This document shows positions 1 through 8,517 of a DNA stretch of 27,212 bases, piece by piece. The stretch is from NCBI GenBank assembly GCA_041546225.1, contig JBFEWT010000017.1:1-27212 (forward strand), given 5' to 3'. Within the stretch, counting starts at the first letter, position 1, and each line of letters opens with the position of its first letter. A program made the position numbers and the translations under genes. A model generated the notes under the pieces. That model did no database searches. It saw only the letters and a list, made by a program, of their open reading frames with translations, and was not told the origin of the DNA. This stretch comes from Sulfurimonadaceae bacterium. Its GTDB lineage: Bacteria; Campylobacterota; Campylobacteria; Campylobacterales; Sulfurimonadaceae.

Positions 1-28
1 AAGTGTCCCATTTGATCTTATTTTACTC

Positions 29-58
29 AAAAAAGCGTGAGGTCGCTCACCCTTTTTT
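29..58. terminator. Bidirectional rho-independent terminator downstream of the aldehyde dehydrogenase gene
   Basis: aaaaaagc-GTGAG-gtcg-CTCAC-ccttttttga: a 5-bp GC-containing stem flanked by an A6 tract upstream and a T6 tract downstream. It lies about 80 nt past the stop (139) of the minus-strand ALDH gene and forms a hairpin plus U-tract on either strand. Confidence 0.5.
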
Positions 59-138
59 GAGATATCGTCATACCTGCATGCTTCACCAAGTAGACACGCC
101 GAAACGGCGACTTTTCTCTTGCGCAATTGTTGCGCTTT

Positions 139-1554
139 CTAGCAGATAATGACCGATTTGATCTCAGTCATCTCTTCGATAGCGAAGTACGGGCCCTCAC
201 GGCCGACACCGCTGAGTTTCACACCGCCGTATGGCTGGATATCGAAACGCAGCGTCGGCATATCGTTTACGACGACACCGCCCGCTTCCAGGGTATCTAT
301 GGCCTTCTGCGCCAGCTTCAGGTCGTTGGTGAAGATGGAAGACTGCAGGCCGTACGGCGAGTTGTTCATCCGCACGCACGCATCGTCGAAGTTCGCCACT
401 TTGACAAGGCTGACGATAGGGGCGAAGACCTCTTCGCAGACGATGGCCATATCGTCCGTCACATCGGCCATCACACACGGGTGGAAGATGCGCCCGTCGA
501 CTTTTGGTTCCGTAAGCGCACGCGCACCTTCGTCTATGGCGCTCTGAACCCACCCCATGGCACGGGTCGCCGCGTCATCGTCGATCAGCGGTCCCATAAA
601 GGTCGTCTCCTCATACGGCGAACCGACAGACAGCTTTTTTGTTGCCTCTGCCATCTTCAGCGCAAACGCATCATAGACCGCCGCGTCTACATAGATACGC
701 TGCAGCGAGATACAGACCTGCCCGGAGTTGATAAACGCGCCCAATGCGCAGCGTTCGGCTGCCAGATCGAGGTCGGCGCTCTTGTCGATGAAGGTCGCCG
801 CGTTTCCGCCGAGTTCCAGACTTACCTTTTTGATACCCGCGCTTTTGGTGATGATCTCACCGACGGGAACGGAACCCGTAAAGCTGATGACACGGGGGAT
901 ATCGCTTCCCACCAGCGTACCGCCTACTTCCGCGTCACCGTAAACGACACTCAGCGCATCCTTTACCGCGTACTCGCTCTCGATGAACATCTTCGCGAAC
1001 GTATACGCCGTCAGCGGCGCTTCGGGTGTAGGCTTCAGCACGACCGCATTGCCTGCGACCAGTGCCGGTGCCAGTTTGTGCGCGACAAGGTTCAGAGGAA
1101 AGTTGAACGGGGTGATGGCGACAACGACGCCGACAGGATCGCGTCGGTAGAAGGCCATCGTCTTTTTGCCGCTTGGCATCGCGTCGGTGTTGATGGTCTC
1201 GCCATGCATCGTACGCATCGTCTCCGCAGCCAGCGTCACCGTCTCGATACAGCGTTCCACTTCCACACGGGCAAACTGTATGGGCTTGCCCACCTCGTCC
1301 GTAATGGTTCGGGCAAGCTCTTCTTTGCCCGTTCTGAGCTTGTTAGCGACATCAAGCAGCCAGTTGCAGCGCTGTGAAAGCGTTGACGCTTTCGCATCTT
1401 TGGCCGCTTCTTTGGCGATGGAGAGCGCTTTGGCAGCATCTTCAGCGCGGCAGACAGGCGCACGGCTTACGACTTTCCCTTCATAAGGGCTCTGGCGTTC
1501 GCTCCACTGTGATGAAACCGCTTCGGTTGAACCAAAAAAGATCTTTGCATCCAT
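139..1554 (-). CDS. NAD(P)-dependent aldehyde dehydrogenase, 471 aa
   Basis: Full-length ALDH-family translation with catalytic Glu in ELGGNA, catalytic Cys in GQVCIS, and an FTGSVPVG Rossmann motif. ATG at 1554 is preceded by a GAGGA RBS. The 416-aa plus-strand ORF 127..1377 is its antisense shadow. Confidence 0.9.
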   Translation of the reverse strand: MDAKIFFGSTEAVSSQWSERQSPYEGKVVSRAPVCRAEDAAKALSIAKEAAKDAKASTLSQRCNWLLDVANKLRTGKEELARTITDEVGKPIQFARVEVERCIETVTLAAETMRTMHGETINTDAMPSGKKTMAFYRRDPVGVVVAITPFNFPLNLVAHKLAPALVAGNAVVLKPTPEAPLTAYTFAKMFIESEYAVKDALSVVYGDAEVGGTLVGSDIPRVISFTGSVPVGEIITKSAGIKKVSLELGGNAATFIDKSADLDLAAERCALGAFINSGQVCISLQRIYVDAAVYDAFALKMAEATKKLSVGSPYEETTFMGPLIDDDAATRAMGWVQSAIDEGARALTEPKVDGRIFHPCVMADVTDDMAIVCEEVFAPIVSLVKVANFDDACVRMNNSPYGLQSSIFTNDLKLAQKAIDTLEAGGVVVNDMPTLRFDIQPYGGVKLSGVGREGPYFAIEEMTEIKSVIIC

Positions 1555-1574
1555 ACTCTATCCTCATCTGTAGT

Positions 1575-1600
1575 GAGCCGATTATACAGGCAATAGTTTT
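1575..1600 (-). promoter_or_regulatory. Candidate sigma70-type promoter for the ALDH gene
   Basis: Perfect TATAAT on the minus strand (reverse complement of attata at 1581..1586), directly preceded by TG. It sits about 27 nt upstream of the ATG and a GAGGA RBS follows. Confidence 0.3.
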
Positions 1601-1692
1601 AAAAAAGCGTGAGCTTTGGAATGATTAACGCACTTTTTATCTTAAGCATACTAAAATCCACACATAACAAACAAGCAACAAAGGACCCGTAT

Positions 1693-2148
1693 ATGTTGAA
1701 ACTTGAAATCACCCCCGGTCAGCTTGGCGTACGTCCCCCCGTCACCAAACCGCACCCGGGCTTTTTGTACGAAGTGGGCGAAGAGCGTTTTCGCAAACTT
1801 GTAGACGACCACTATGAGCTCATCCGCAACAGCGATATCTCTTTTCTTTTCCCAATCCATGACGAAGACGATTTCGCAGCGGCAAAAAAACATGCTGCGG
1901 ATTTTCTTATTCAGATCTGCGGAGGACCTGACTATTTCAACCAGTCACGCGGCGAGCCGCGCATGGTCGGACGCCACGCACCGTTCCGCATCGACGAATC
2001 CTCCCGCCGCCGCTGGCTGGAGTTCTACGCCGAACTGCTCCCGCCGCTTGAAAAAGAGGGAATCAACCCCGAGTATATAAAATCGTTCTGGGACTACCTC
2101 GACATCTTCTCTATCTGGATGATCAATACGCCTACGATGCCAAAGTAG
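1693..2148 (+). CDS. Group II truncated haemoglobin (trHbO/YjbI-like 2/2 globin)
   Basis: The translation aligns by eye to trHbO/YjbI: the B10 Tyr is in the DDHY context, and ICGGPDYF, RHAPFRI and WLEFY correspond to the GGP and RHxPFxI blocks of M. tuberculosis trHbO and B. subtilis YjbI. I place the start at ATG 1693 with an AAGGA RBS at 1681. The ORF-track GTG at 1609 adds a hydrophobic extension without an RBS. Confidence 0.8.
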   Translation: MLKLEITPGQLGVRPPVTKPHPGFLYEVGEERFRKLVDDHYELIRNSDISFLFPIHDEDDFAAAKKHAADFLIQICGGPDYFNQSRGEPRMVGRHAPFRIDESSRRRWLEFYAELLPPLEKEGINPEYIKSFWDYLDIFSIWMINTPTMPK

Positions 2149-2284
2149 GTTTTACACCCCGCTGCCGGCTACTGCGCCGGGGGCAAAAAGCACTCACATT
2201 CTGTTTCAACCCTATTAAAACCCAATTTCGCTAAAATACCTCAATTTTTCATATACCCATTTAACATACATTTTGGAGAACCCA

Positions 2285-3202
2285 ATGACAGAAGCCAAAA
2301 CCATCTGGATGAACGGCGAATTCAAGCCGTGGAACGAAGCGACGACACACGTTCTGTCGCACTCACTACACTACGGCAATGCGGCCATCGAAGGTACTAA
2401 AGCCTACAAGACCGACAAAGGTTACGCGATCTTCCGCCTGAACGAACATACAAAACGCCTGCTCGAATCGGCGAAGATGACGCTTATCGACGTCCCCTAC
2501 ACTGTTGAAGAGCTCAACAAAGCGCAGATCGAACTGGTAAAGCAGAACGGGTTTACAGGCGACAACGTCTATATCCGTCCGCTGGTCTTTCTGGGTTACG
2601 GCGTCATGGGCGTCTACCACAAAGAAGCACCGGTAGAGACCGTACTTGCAGCATGGGAATGGGGTGCGTACCTCGGTGAAGAGGGTCTTCAAAAAGGGAT
2701 CAAACTCAAGATCGCATCGATGACACGTCCCTCGAACACCTCCAACATGGGCAAAGCAAAAGCGGCGGCGAACTACCTGAACTCGCAGATGGCGAAATAT
2801 GAAGCCATCGACTGCGGTTATGACGAAGCCCTTCTCCTTGACGATCAGGGGTATGTGGCCGAAGCGAGCGGCGCGTGTTTCTTCATGGTCAAAGACGGCA
2901 AGCTCATCAGCCCGCCGAACGACAACAGCCTCCAGTCGATCACACAGAAAACGGTCATCGAGATCGCTGAAAAAATGGGCATCGAAGTTCTCCGCCAGCG
3001 CATCACGCGCGAAGAGATCTATGTCGCCGACGAAGCGTTCCTGACAGGTACGGCTGCGGAGATCACCCCGGTACGCAATGTCGACGCGCGCATCATCGGC
3101 TGCGGAAGCCGCGGGCCGGTCACAGAGAAGATCCAGAGTGCCTATTTCGACATCGTATTCGGCCGAAACCCTGATTATGAGCACTATTTGACATACGTTT
3201 AA
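2285..3202 (+). CDS. ilvE: Branched-chain amino acid aminotransferase
   Basis: The roughly 305-aa translation shows class IV aminotransferase motifs (YGNAAIEGTKAY, PLVFLGYG, TGTAAEITPV). ATG 2285 has a GGAG RBS 6 nt upstream. The ORF-track TTG at 2273 is less likely. Confidence 0.9.
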   Translation: MTEAKTIWMNGEFKPWNEATTHVLSHSLHYGNAAIEGTKAYKTDKGYAIFRLNEHTKRLLESAKMTLIDVPYTVEELNKAQIELVKQNGFTGDNVYIRPLVFLGYGVMGVYHKEAPVETVLAAWEWGAYLGEEGLQKGIKLKIASMTRPSNTSNMGKAKAAANYLNSQMAKYEAIDCGYDEALLLDDQGYVAEASGACFFMVKDGKLISPPNDNSLQSITQKTVIEIAEKMGIEVLRQRITREEIYVADEAFLTGTAAEITPVRNVDARIIGCGSRGPVTEKIQSAYFDIVFGRNPDYEHYLTYV

Positions 3203-3247
3203 TAAGAAACGCTAGACTTACACAAAACTAACAAAGGGAAACTCCTT

Positions 3248-4321
3248 ATGGCTACAGACATGAACGACTACTTCAACAAGAAGAAGAGCGAAAACCGCGG
3301 CGGCGGTGGCGGATCTAATCCGAAAATGCCAAAAGCACCAAAATTCGATTTCAATTTCGGCGGCAGCAAAGCCGGCCTGCTATATGCCATCGGTGCGATC
3401 ATCGTCGTACTGATCATGGCAAAACCGTTTGTCATAATCACCGAGGGTGAACGCGGTATTCTTGCGACCAACGGTAAGTATGAAGAGCAGGCGCTGCTGC
3501 CGGGTCTTCACTTTATCGTCCCGGTCATCCAGAAGGTCTATATCGTGGATACGAAAGTCCGTATCATCAACTATGCAGACCGTATTGAACGTTCGGCTAT
3601 CAGCGGTGAAGGTATCGAGATCAAACCTGCCGTTACCGTACTGGACAAGCGCGGTCTTCCCGTCTCTATCGAGCTTACCGTTCAGTACCGTCTGAATGCG
3701 ACGTTCGCTGCACAGACCATCTCAAACTGGGGCTTCAGCTGGGAAGAGAAGATCATCAACCCGGTCGTACGTGACGTCGTACGTAATGTCGTCGGTCAGT
3801 ACGATGCCGAATCACTGCCGATCAAGCGTAACGAGATCGCTGTGCTGATCGAACAGGGTATCCGCGACAACGTTTCAAAGCAGAAGAACACACCGGCGGA
3901 ACTTCAGTCTGTTCAGCTGCGCGAGATCGTCCTGCCGCAGAAGGTAAAAGACCAGATCGAACGCGTTCAGGTCGCCAAGCAGGAAGTCCAGCGTGCAGAG
4001 CAGGAAGTCCAGCGCGCCAAGCAAGAGGCACTGAAGCGTGCAGCTGAAGCACAGGGTCGTGCAGAAGCGGTCAAGATCGCAGCCGAAGGTAAAGCGAAGG
4101 CCATCATGATCGAAGCCGACGCGCAGGCATCGGCGAACAAAGTCATCTCACAGAGTCTGACGACTCAAATCCTTCAGCTTGAGCAGATTCAGGTACAGGG
4201 CAAGTTCAACGACGCGCTCAAAGAGAACAAAGATGCGAAGATCTTCCTGACACCTGGCGGTTCGACTCCGAACATCTGGGTTGACATGAAAGACCCGCAG
4301 CGCCAGAGCGCGATGAAATAA
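3248..4321 (+). CDS. SPFH/band-7 family membrane protein (HflK-like) with a C-terminal coiled coil
   Basis: The N-terminus has a Gly-rich tail (RGGGGGSNPK) followed by a single TM (LLYAIGAIIVVLIMA). An SPFH core follows (ITEGERGIL...IVPVIQKVYIVDTKV). The C-terminus carries heptad QEVQRA repeats rich in Ala, Glu and Lys. Confidence 0.85.
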   Translation: MATDMNDYFNKKKSENRGGGGGSNPKMPKAPKFDFNFGGSKAGLLYAIGAIIVVLIMAKPFVIITEGERGILATNGKYEEQALLPGLHFIVPVIQKVYIVDTKVRIINYADRIERSAISGEGIEIKPAVTVLDKRGLPVSIELTVQYRLNATFAAQTISNWGFSWEEKIINPVVRDVVRNVVGQYDAESLPIKRNEIAVLIEQGIRDNVSKQKNTPAELQSVQLREIVLPQKVKDQIERVQVAKQEVQRAEQEVQRAKQEALKRAAEAQGRAEAVKIAAEGKAKAIMIEADAQASANKVISQSLTTQILQLEQIQVQGKFNDALKENKDAKIFLTPGGSTPNIWVDMKDPQRQSAMK

Positions 4322-4324
4322 CCC

Positions 4325-4346
4325 TTAACTCTCTTCGGAGAGTTAA
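4325..4346 (+). terminator. Stable stem-loop immediately after the SPFH gene (possible terminator or mRNA 3' stabiliser)
   Basis: TTAACTCTC-TTCG-GAGAGTTAA: a 9-bp perfect stem with a UUCG tetraloop, starting 4 nt after the TAA stop. No U-tract follows, hence the modest confidence. Confidence 0.4.
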
Positions 4347-4402
4347 ACAAAGCCGGCGTATAGCCGATTTTGTTTAGCAATAACAGACAGGGATTTTCTT
4401 AC

Positions 4403-5083
4403 ATGCAAGAGATTATCGACCGTATCGACTGGACAAAGCAGGAGCTGCTGCCCGTCATCGCACAGGATGCGAACAACAACGAAGTGCTTATGATGGCCTA
4501 CATGAACCGTGAAGCGCTGCAGCTCTCGCTGCAGAGCAAAGAGGCACACTACTTCTCGCGCTCCAAACAGCGTATCTGGAAAAAAGGCGAGAGCAGCGGT
4601 CACATCCAGAAGATCAAGAGCTTTTTCATCGACTGCGACAACGACACCCTGCTTATAAAAATTGAGCAGGAGGGTGTGGCCTGCCATACCGGGCGACGAA
4701 GCTGTTTCTTTACCGAACTCGAATCGGGCGAAGCGACATCCGCCGTCGAAGTCGATACAGCGGCTATGTACGGTGTCATCGATGAGCTCTACCATACGAT
4801 ACTCGAACGCAAAAACGCCGATCCGGAAAGTTCATGGACGGCCAAGCTTTTCGCAAAAGGCGAAAATACCATTTTGAAAAAAGTCGTTGAAGAGGCGGGA
4901 GAGTTCAGCTTTGCCGTCAAGGACAACGACGAGGATGAGATCGTCTACGAAGCTGCCGATCTCACCTATCATGTACTCGTCGCCCTTGGCTACAAAAACA
5001 TCTCCCCCGACCGTATCAAGCAGGAACTCGCCCGCCGGTTCAACATGAGCGGGATCGCAGAGAAAAACAGTCGAGACAAATGA
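4403..5083 (+). CDS. hisIE: Bifunctional phosphoribosyl-AMP cyclohydrolase / phosphoribosyl-ATP pyrophosphatase
   Basis: The N-terminal half matches HisI (PVIAQD...EGVACHTGRRSCFF). The C-terminal half matches HisE (LYHTILERK...EAADLTYHVLVAL). ATG 4403 has an AGGGA RBS. The ORF-track TTG at 4370 is less likely. Confidence 0.88.
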   Translation: MQEIIDRIDWTKQELLPVIAQDANNNEVLMMAYMNREALQLSLQSKEAHYFSRSKQRIWKKGESSGHIQKIKSFFIDCDNDTLLIKIEQEGVACHTGRRSCFFTELESGEATSAVEVDTAAMYGVIDELYHTILERKNADPESSWTAKLFAKGENTILKKVVEEAGEFSFAVKDNDEDEIVYEAADLTYHVLVALGYKNISPDRIKQELARRFNMSGIAEKNSRDK

Positions 5084-5595
5084 AGCATCAGATAAATAAC
5101 TTTCTCGCCGGGCTCGTCACCTATGACTATATCTTTTTCGCCGCGGTGGCCCTGCTCTTTATTCTTTTGCTTGTACTCGCCGTCGTGCTGCGCAATCGCC
5201 TGACGCTTGCCGTTCTTATTATCCTGTTCGCTTTTATCGAACTCATCCTCGGCTCGACTCTTGGGTACAAGAGCATGCATGCCTACCTCTATAAAGCGGA
5301 ACTGAAAGTCACCGAGTTCAAAGCCCTTGAGTTTACCGATGCGCTTGTGCTCAAAGGCACATTGACCAATGCCTCAAAACTCCCCTTCACGCACTGCGAC
5401 GTTACTGCCGGTGCCTATAAAGTCTCCGGGAACAGCCTGCTGGATATGCTCTACCCGCTAAACCCTTTTGCAAAGGCGTCGATAGTAGTCAAACAGGATT
5501 TAGCCGTGGGAGAGAGCGTGGAGTACAAGATCATAATCGAACCGTTTACCTACAGCAACGAATACAATATCACTACCGGAGTACGATGCAGATGA
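5080..5595 (+). CDS. Hypothetical 2-TM membrane protein with a roughly 110-aa extracytoplasmic domain (paralogue A)
   Basis: The start overlaps the hisIE stop as ATGA. There are two hydrophobic helices (YIFFAAVALLFILLLVLAVVL and LAVLIILFAFIELILG) followed by a beta-rich-looking soluble domain. The same architecture appears in the next gene. Confidence 0.6.
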   Translation: MKHQINNFLAGLVTYDYIFFAAVALLFILLLVLAVVLRNRLTLAVLIILFAFIELILGSTLGYKSMHAYLYKAELKVTEFKALEFTDALVLKGTLTNASKLPFTHCDVTAGAYKVSGNSLLDMLYPLNPFAKASIVVKQDLAVGESVEYKIIIEPFTYSNEYNITTGVRCR

Positions 5596-6146
5596 CCACC
5601 TATTTTACTATATGGCATTACGCCGTTATCGCCTTTGTCGCCATACTATTTTTACTGCTCACACTGCTTTCACTGCGTGAGAAAAAACCAAATGTCCGCA
5701 ACTCGATGATATTATCCTCTTTTGTCGTAATGGTCCTCGTTGCCGCATTTATGCTCATGGCACTGGATAAATACACCAAAAAAGCGGAGGTCTTCGAACT
5801 CAAGAACCGCCGTATTCTGACCACGGAGCAGATCGTCTACAGCGGCTTTGTCCAGAATGTCGGCAACTATACGATCGGTGAGGTAAAACTGGAGATCAAG
5901 CTCGTCAACAAAGGGCATGTGACCGGTAATGTCAAAGGGGGGTCATTCTACAAACCGAGCGGGTTCTTCGACTTCTTTGGAGGAGGCGGGGACGATAAGA
6001 GAAAATACCGTCCGCAACAGGTCATCGAGACCTTTGTCATAGCAAAGAACCTCAGACCGGGCAAGACCGAGCAGTTCCATGTCTCTATGGATTACCCGCC
6101 CTATTTCAAACACACCGCTGACTTCACACGGGTGTTCGCACACTAA
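5586..6146 (+). CDS. Hypothetical 2-TM membrane protein with a Gly-rich soluble domain (paralogue B)
   Basis: It overlaps the upstream gene (ATG at 5586, or ATG at 5592 in an ATGA overlap with the stop at 5593..5595). Two TM helices are followed by a domain containing FFDFFGGGGDDKRKYRP. GGAG lies at 5578..5581. Confidence 0.6.
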   Translation: MQMTTYFTIWHYAVIAFVAILFLLLTLLSLREKKPNVRNSMILSSFVVMVLVAAFMLMALDKYTKKAEVFELKNRRILTTEQIVYSGFVQNVGNYTIGEVKLEIKLVNKGHVTGNVKGGSFYKPSGFFDFFGGGGDDKRKYRPQQVIETFVIAKNLRPGKTEQFHVSMDYPPYFKHTADFTRVFAH

Positions 6147-6155
6147 CGTGCGCGG

Positions 6156-7118
6156 TTAATACTTCAATCCGATCTTCTTCAGTGCCGCATTGATGTGGCG
6201 CACCTGCGTATTCCTGTCCCTGCACCATTGCGGTGCGATCAGACTCTCATCGTCTATACCCGCCGTAATACGCTGTACCGAGATGTTCTCGGGTTTCATC
6301 TTTATCGCTTCTACGAGTACGTCGAGGTACTCCTCTTCACTTATCGGCGTGAACTCGCCGCGTGCGTATTCATTCGCCAGTGCCGTGCGTTTAACGACAT
6401 AGAGCGGATGGTATTTGACGGAGTCGATACCCCACCCGTATGCCTGACGGGCCGTTTCAAGCATCATCGCTTTATCTTCACCCGGAAGACCGAAGATAAG
6501 ATGGCCGCAGACATTCAGACCGTAGGCTTTCGCCTTGAGTATCCACTCTTTGACATTGGCGCTGTCGTGCCCGCGGTTGATACGCTCGAGCGTTTCGTCA
6601 TAGACCGACTGGATACCGAACTCGATCCATATCTCTTTTGTTTTAGCAAGCTCTGCGAGATACTCCAGTACCTCTTCTGTCACACTGTCTGAGCGTGTAC
6701 CGATACTCAGACCTACGACGTCATCGAAGGAGAGCGCTTTTTCATAGAGCGCTTTAAGGGTCTCGATGGGCGCATAGGTATTGGTAAACGACTGAAAGTA
6801 GACCAGGAACTTCTCTGCCTTGTACTCTCTGCGCTGACGGCTGCTCAAGACATTGAACTGCTGCTCAAGCTGCAGAAGCTGTTTTTCAAGGAAAGGGTTC
6901 TCTTTGGAGTCGAGATTGAGGTGAAAGCCCTTCAGCGGTTTGACACTGTCGAGGCTGGGGCTGAAAGAGTCGTTCTCACAGAACGTACAGCCGCCTTTTG
7001 CGACGGTGCCGTCAATGTTCGGACAGGTAAACCCGGAGATGGAGATGGAGACTTTGTGGACTTTGGCACCAAACTTCTTCTGAAGGTACGTGCCAAATGT
7101 ATAGATCTGCTGCTGCAT
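6156..7118 (-). CDS. Radical SAM protein, TIGR01212 (YhcC) family
   Basis: The N-terminal CPNIDGTVAKGGCTFC motif matches the CPNRDG..GGCTFC signature of the YhcC/TIGR01212 family. I favour ATG at 7118 (MQQQIYTF). The ORF-track TTG at 7121 is one codon upstream. Confidence 0.85.
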   Translation of the reverse strand: MQQQIYTFGTYLQKKFGAKVHKVSISISGFTCPNIDGTVAKGGCTFCENDSFSPSLDSVKPLKGFHLNLDSKENPFLEKQLLQLEQQFNVLSSRQRREYKAEKFLVYFQSFTNTYAPIETLKALYEKALSFDDVVGLSIGTRSDSVTEEVLEYLAELAKTKEIWIEFGIQSVYDETLERINRGHDSANVKEWILKAKAYGLNVCGHLIFGLPGEDKAMMLETARQAYGWGIDSVKYHPLYVVKRTALANEYARGEFTPISEEEYLDVLVEAIKMKPENISVQRITAGIDDESLIAPQWCRDRNTQVRHINAALKKIGLKY

Positions 7119-7134
7119 CAATAATCAGCTTGTA

Positions 7135-8487
7135 TCAGACGATATATTCGCCGGTAAAACACGCCGTACAATATGTTGCATCCGTTGCATTGACACTGCG
7201 CAGCAATGCATCGTTACTGAGATATGCCAGAGAGTCGGCTTCGATATAGTGGCAGATCTCATCGTTGTTCATATTGGCGGCGATCAGCTTCTCTTTGTCC
7301 GGCGTATCGACACCGTAGAAACACGGGTCGGTCGTCGGCGGTGACGAGATACGCATGTGCACTTCTGCAGCGCCGGCATCTTTGAGCATACGCACGATCT
7401 GGCGGCTCGTCGTTCCGCGTACGATGGAGTCGTCGATAACGATAATACGCTTCCCTTCGATCATTTTACGGATAGGCGAGAGCTTCATCTTCACCTTCAG
7501 GTCACGCATCTCCTGTGTCGGTTCGATAAACGTACGCCCGATATAGTGGTTGCGCATGATTCCCATTTCAAAAGGAATGCCGCTCTGCTGTGAATATCCG
7601 ATAGCAGCCGGAACGCCGCCATCAGGCACCGGTACGACCATATCGGCTTCGACCGGCTTCTCTTTCGCAAGTTCCATACCCATGTTTTTACGCATCTGGT
7701 AGACGTTCTGACCGTAGACATTCGAGTCGGGACGGGCGAAATAGACATACTCGAAGATACAGTGTTTCGGCGTCGACTCGAATACCTTGATAGATTTCGG
7801 CGCTTTTCCTTTTTCAAAGACCAGCATCTCGCCCGGCTCTACATCACGGATATATTCTGCACCGATCAGGTCGAATGCGCACGTCTCGCTTGCAACGACA
7901 TAACCGTCGCCTACGCGGCCGAGGCTAAGCGGTCTGAAACCGTGAGGGTCGCGCATCGCAAACATCTTCGAGCGGCTCAGGAATATCAGCGAGTACGCCC
8001 CTTCGATCTTCTTGACGGCATCGATGATACGGTCTACCAGTTTTTTCTGATCGCTTTTTGCGATCAGGTGAATGAGGTTTTCCGTATCCATGAAGGTCTG
8101 GAAGATCGCTCCCTTTTCGATGAGGCCGTCACGGACTTCCTGTGCATTGGTCAGGTTGCCGTTATGTACTATGGAGAGCTCGCCAAGGTCGTAGCGTGCA
8201 AACACCGGCTGGGCATCCAGGATGGAGTCGTCGCCCGCCGTCGAGTAGCGCGTATGCCCTATCGCCATATGACCTTTAAGTGTCGCAAGCTTCTGCTCGT
8301 CAAAGACACGTGTCACCAGGCCACGGTCTTTGATGGTGTGCAGTTTAACGCCGTCACCGGTACTGATGCCTGCCGCTTCCTGTCCGCGGTGCTGCATCGC
8401 ATGAAGTGAAAAATAGGCAAGTCTTGAAGCCTCATCGTGGTCAAAAATACCTACAACCGCACATTTCTCATTCAGATTATCATGCAA
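7135..8487 (-). CDS. purF: Amidophosphoribosyltransferase (glutamine PRPP amidotransferase)
   Basis: It has the Ntn-hydrolase nucleophile Cys (KCAVVGIF) and a PRTase motif (IIVIDDSIVRGTTS). The C-terminal Cys cluster (CFYGV...YCTACFTGEY) is typical of [4Fe-4S] PurF. The only in-frame start is TTG at 8487, preceded by an AAAGGAAG RBS. That gives an 8-residue propeptide (MHDNLNEK) before the catalytic Cys. Confidence 0.9.
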   Translation of the reverse strand: MHDNLNEKCAVVGIFDHDEASRLAYFSLHAMQHRGQEAAGISTGDGVKLHTIKDRGLVTRVFDEQKLATLKGHMAIGHTRYSTAGDDSILDAQPVFARYDLGELSIVHNGNLTNAQEVRDGLIEKGAIFQTFMDTENLIHLIAKSDQKKLVDRIIDAVKKIEGAYSLIFLSRSKMFAMRDPHGFRPLSLGRVGDGYVVASETCAFDLIGAEYIRDVEPGEMLVFEKGKAPKSIKVFESTPKHCIFEYVYFARPDSNVYGQNVYQMRKNMGMELAKEKPVEADMVVPVPDGGVPAAIGYSQQSGIPFEMGIMRNHYIGRTFIEPTQEMRDLKVKMKLSPIRKMIEGKRIIVIDDSIVRGTTSRQIVRMLKDAGAAEVHMRISSPPTTDPCFYGVDTPDKEKLIAANMNNDEICHYIEADSLAYLSNDALLRSVNATDATYCTACFTGEYIV

Positions 8488-8517
8488 AATTCTTCCTTTT
8501 AGTTATGCTCAACAGCG

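Noticed and set aside
29-41. An identical 13-mer AAAAAAGCGTGAG at 29..41 and 1601..1613, flanking the ALDH gene on both sides.
   Set aside because: The first copy is part of a clear terminator hairpin. The second has only a weak 4-bp stem. It is too short to support a mobile-element or recombination-site claim without more copies.
127-1377. Long ORFs antisense to almost every real gene. Examples are 127..1377(+) versus ALDH, 2366..3184(-) versus ilvE, 9395..10378(+) versus trxB, 12754..13353(+) versus the fdhF-like gene, 14210..15112(+) versus HD-GYP, 15910..17064(+) versus hom, 21870..22691(-) versus the TonB receptor, and 25153..26115(-) versus moeA.
   Set aside because: The translations are low-complexity, rich in Arg, Cys and His, and have no recognisable motifs. 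The opposite-strand products carry unambiguous family signatures. These are shadow ORFs produced by GC-rich codon bias.
1609-1692. The ORF-track N-terminal extension of the globin (GTG 1609 / ATG 1621) as the real start.
   Set aside because: There is no Shine-Dalgarno before either codon, whereas ATG 1693 has AAGGA at -8. The extension would bury the likely promoter. I kept it as an alternative only.
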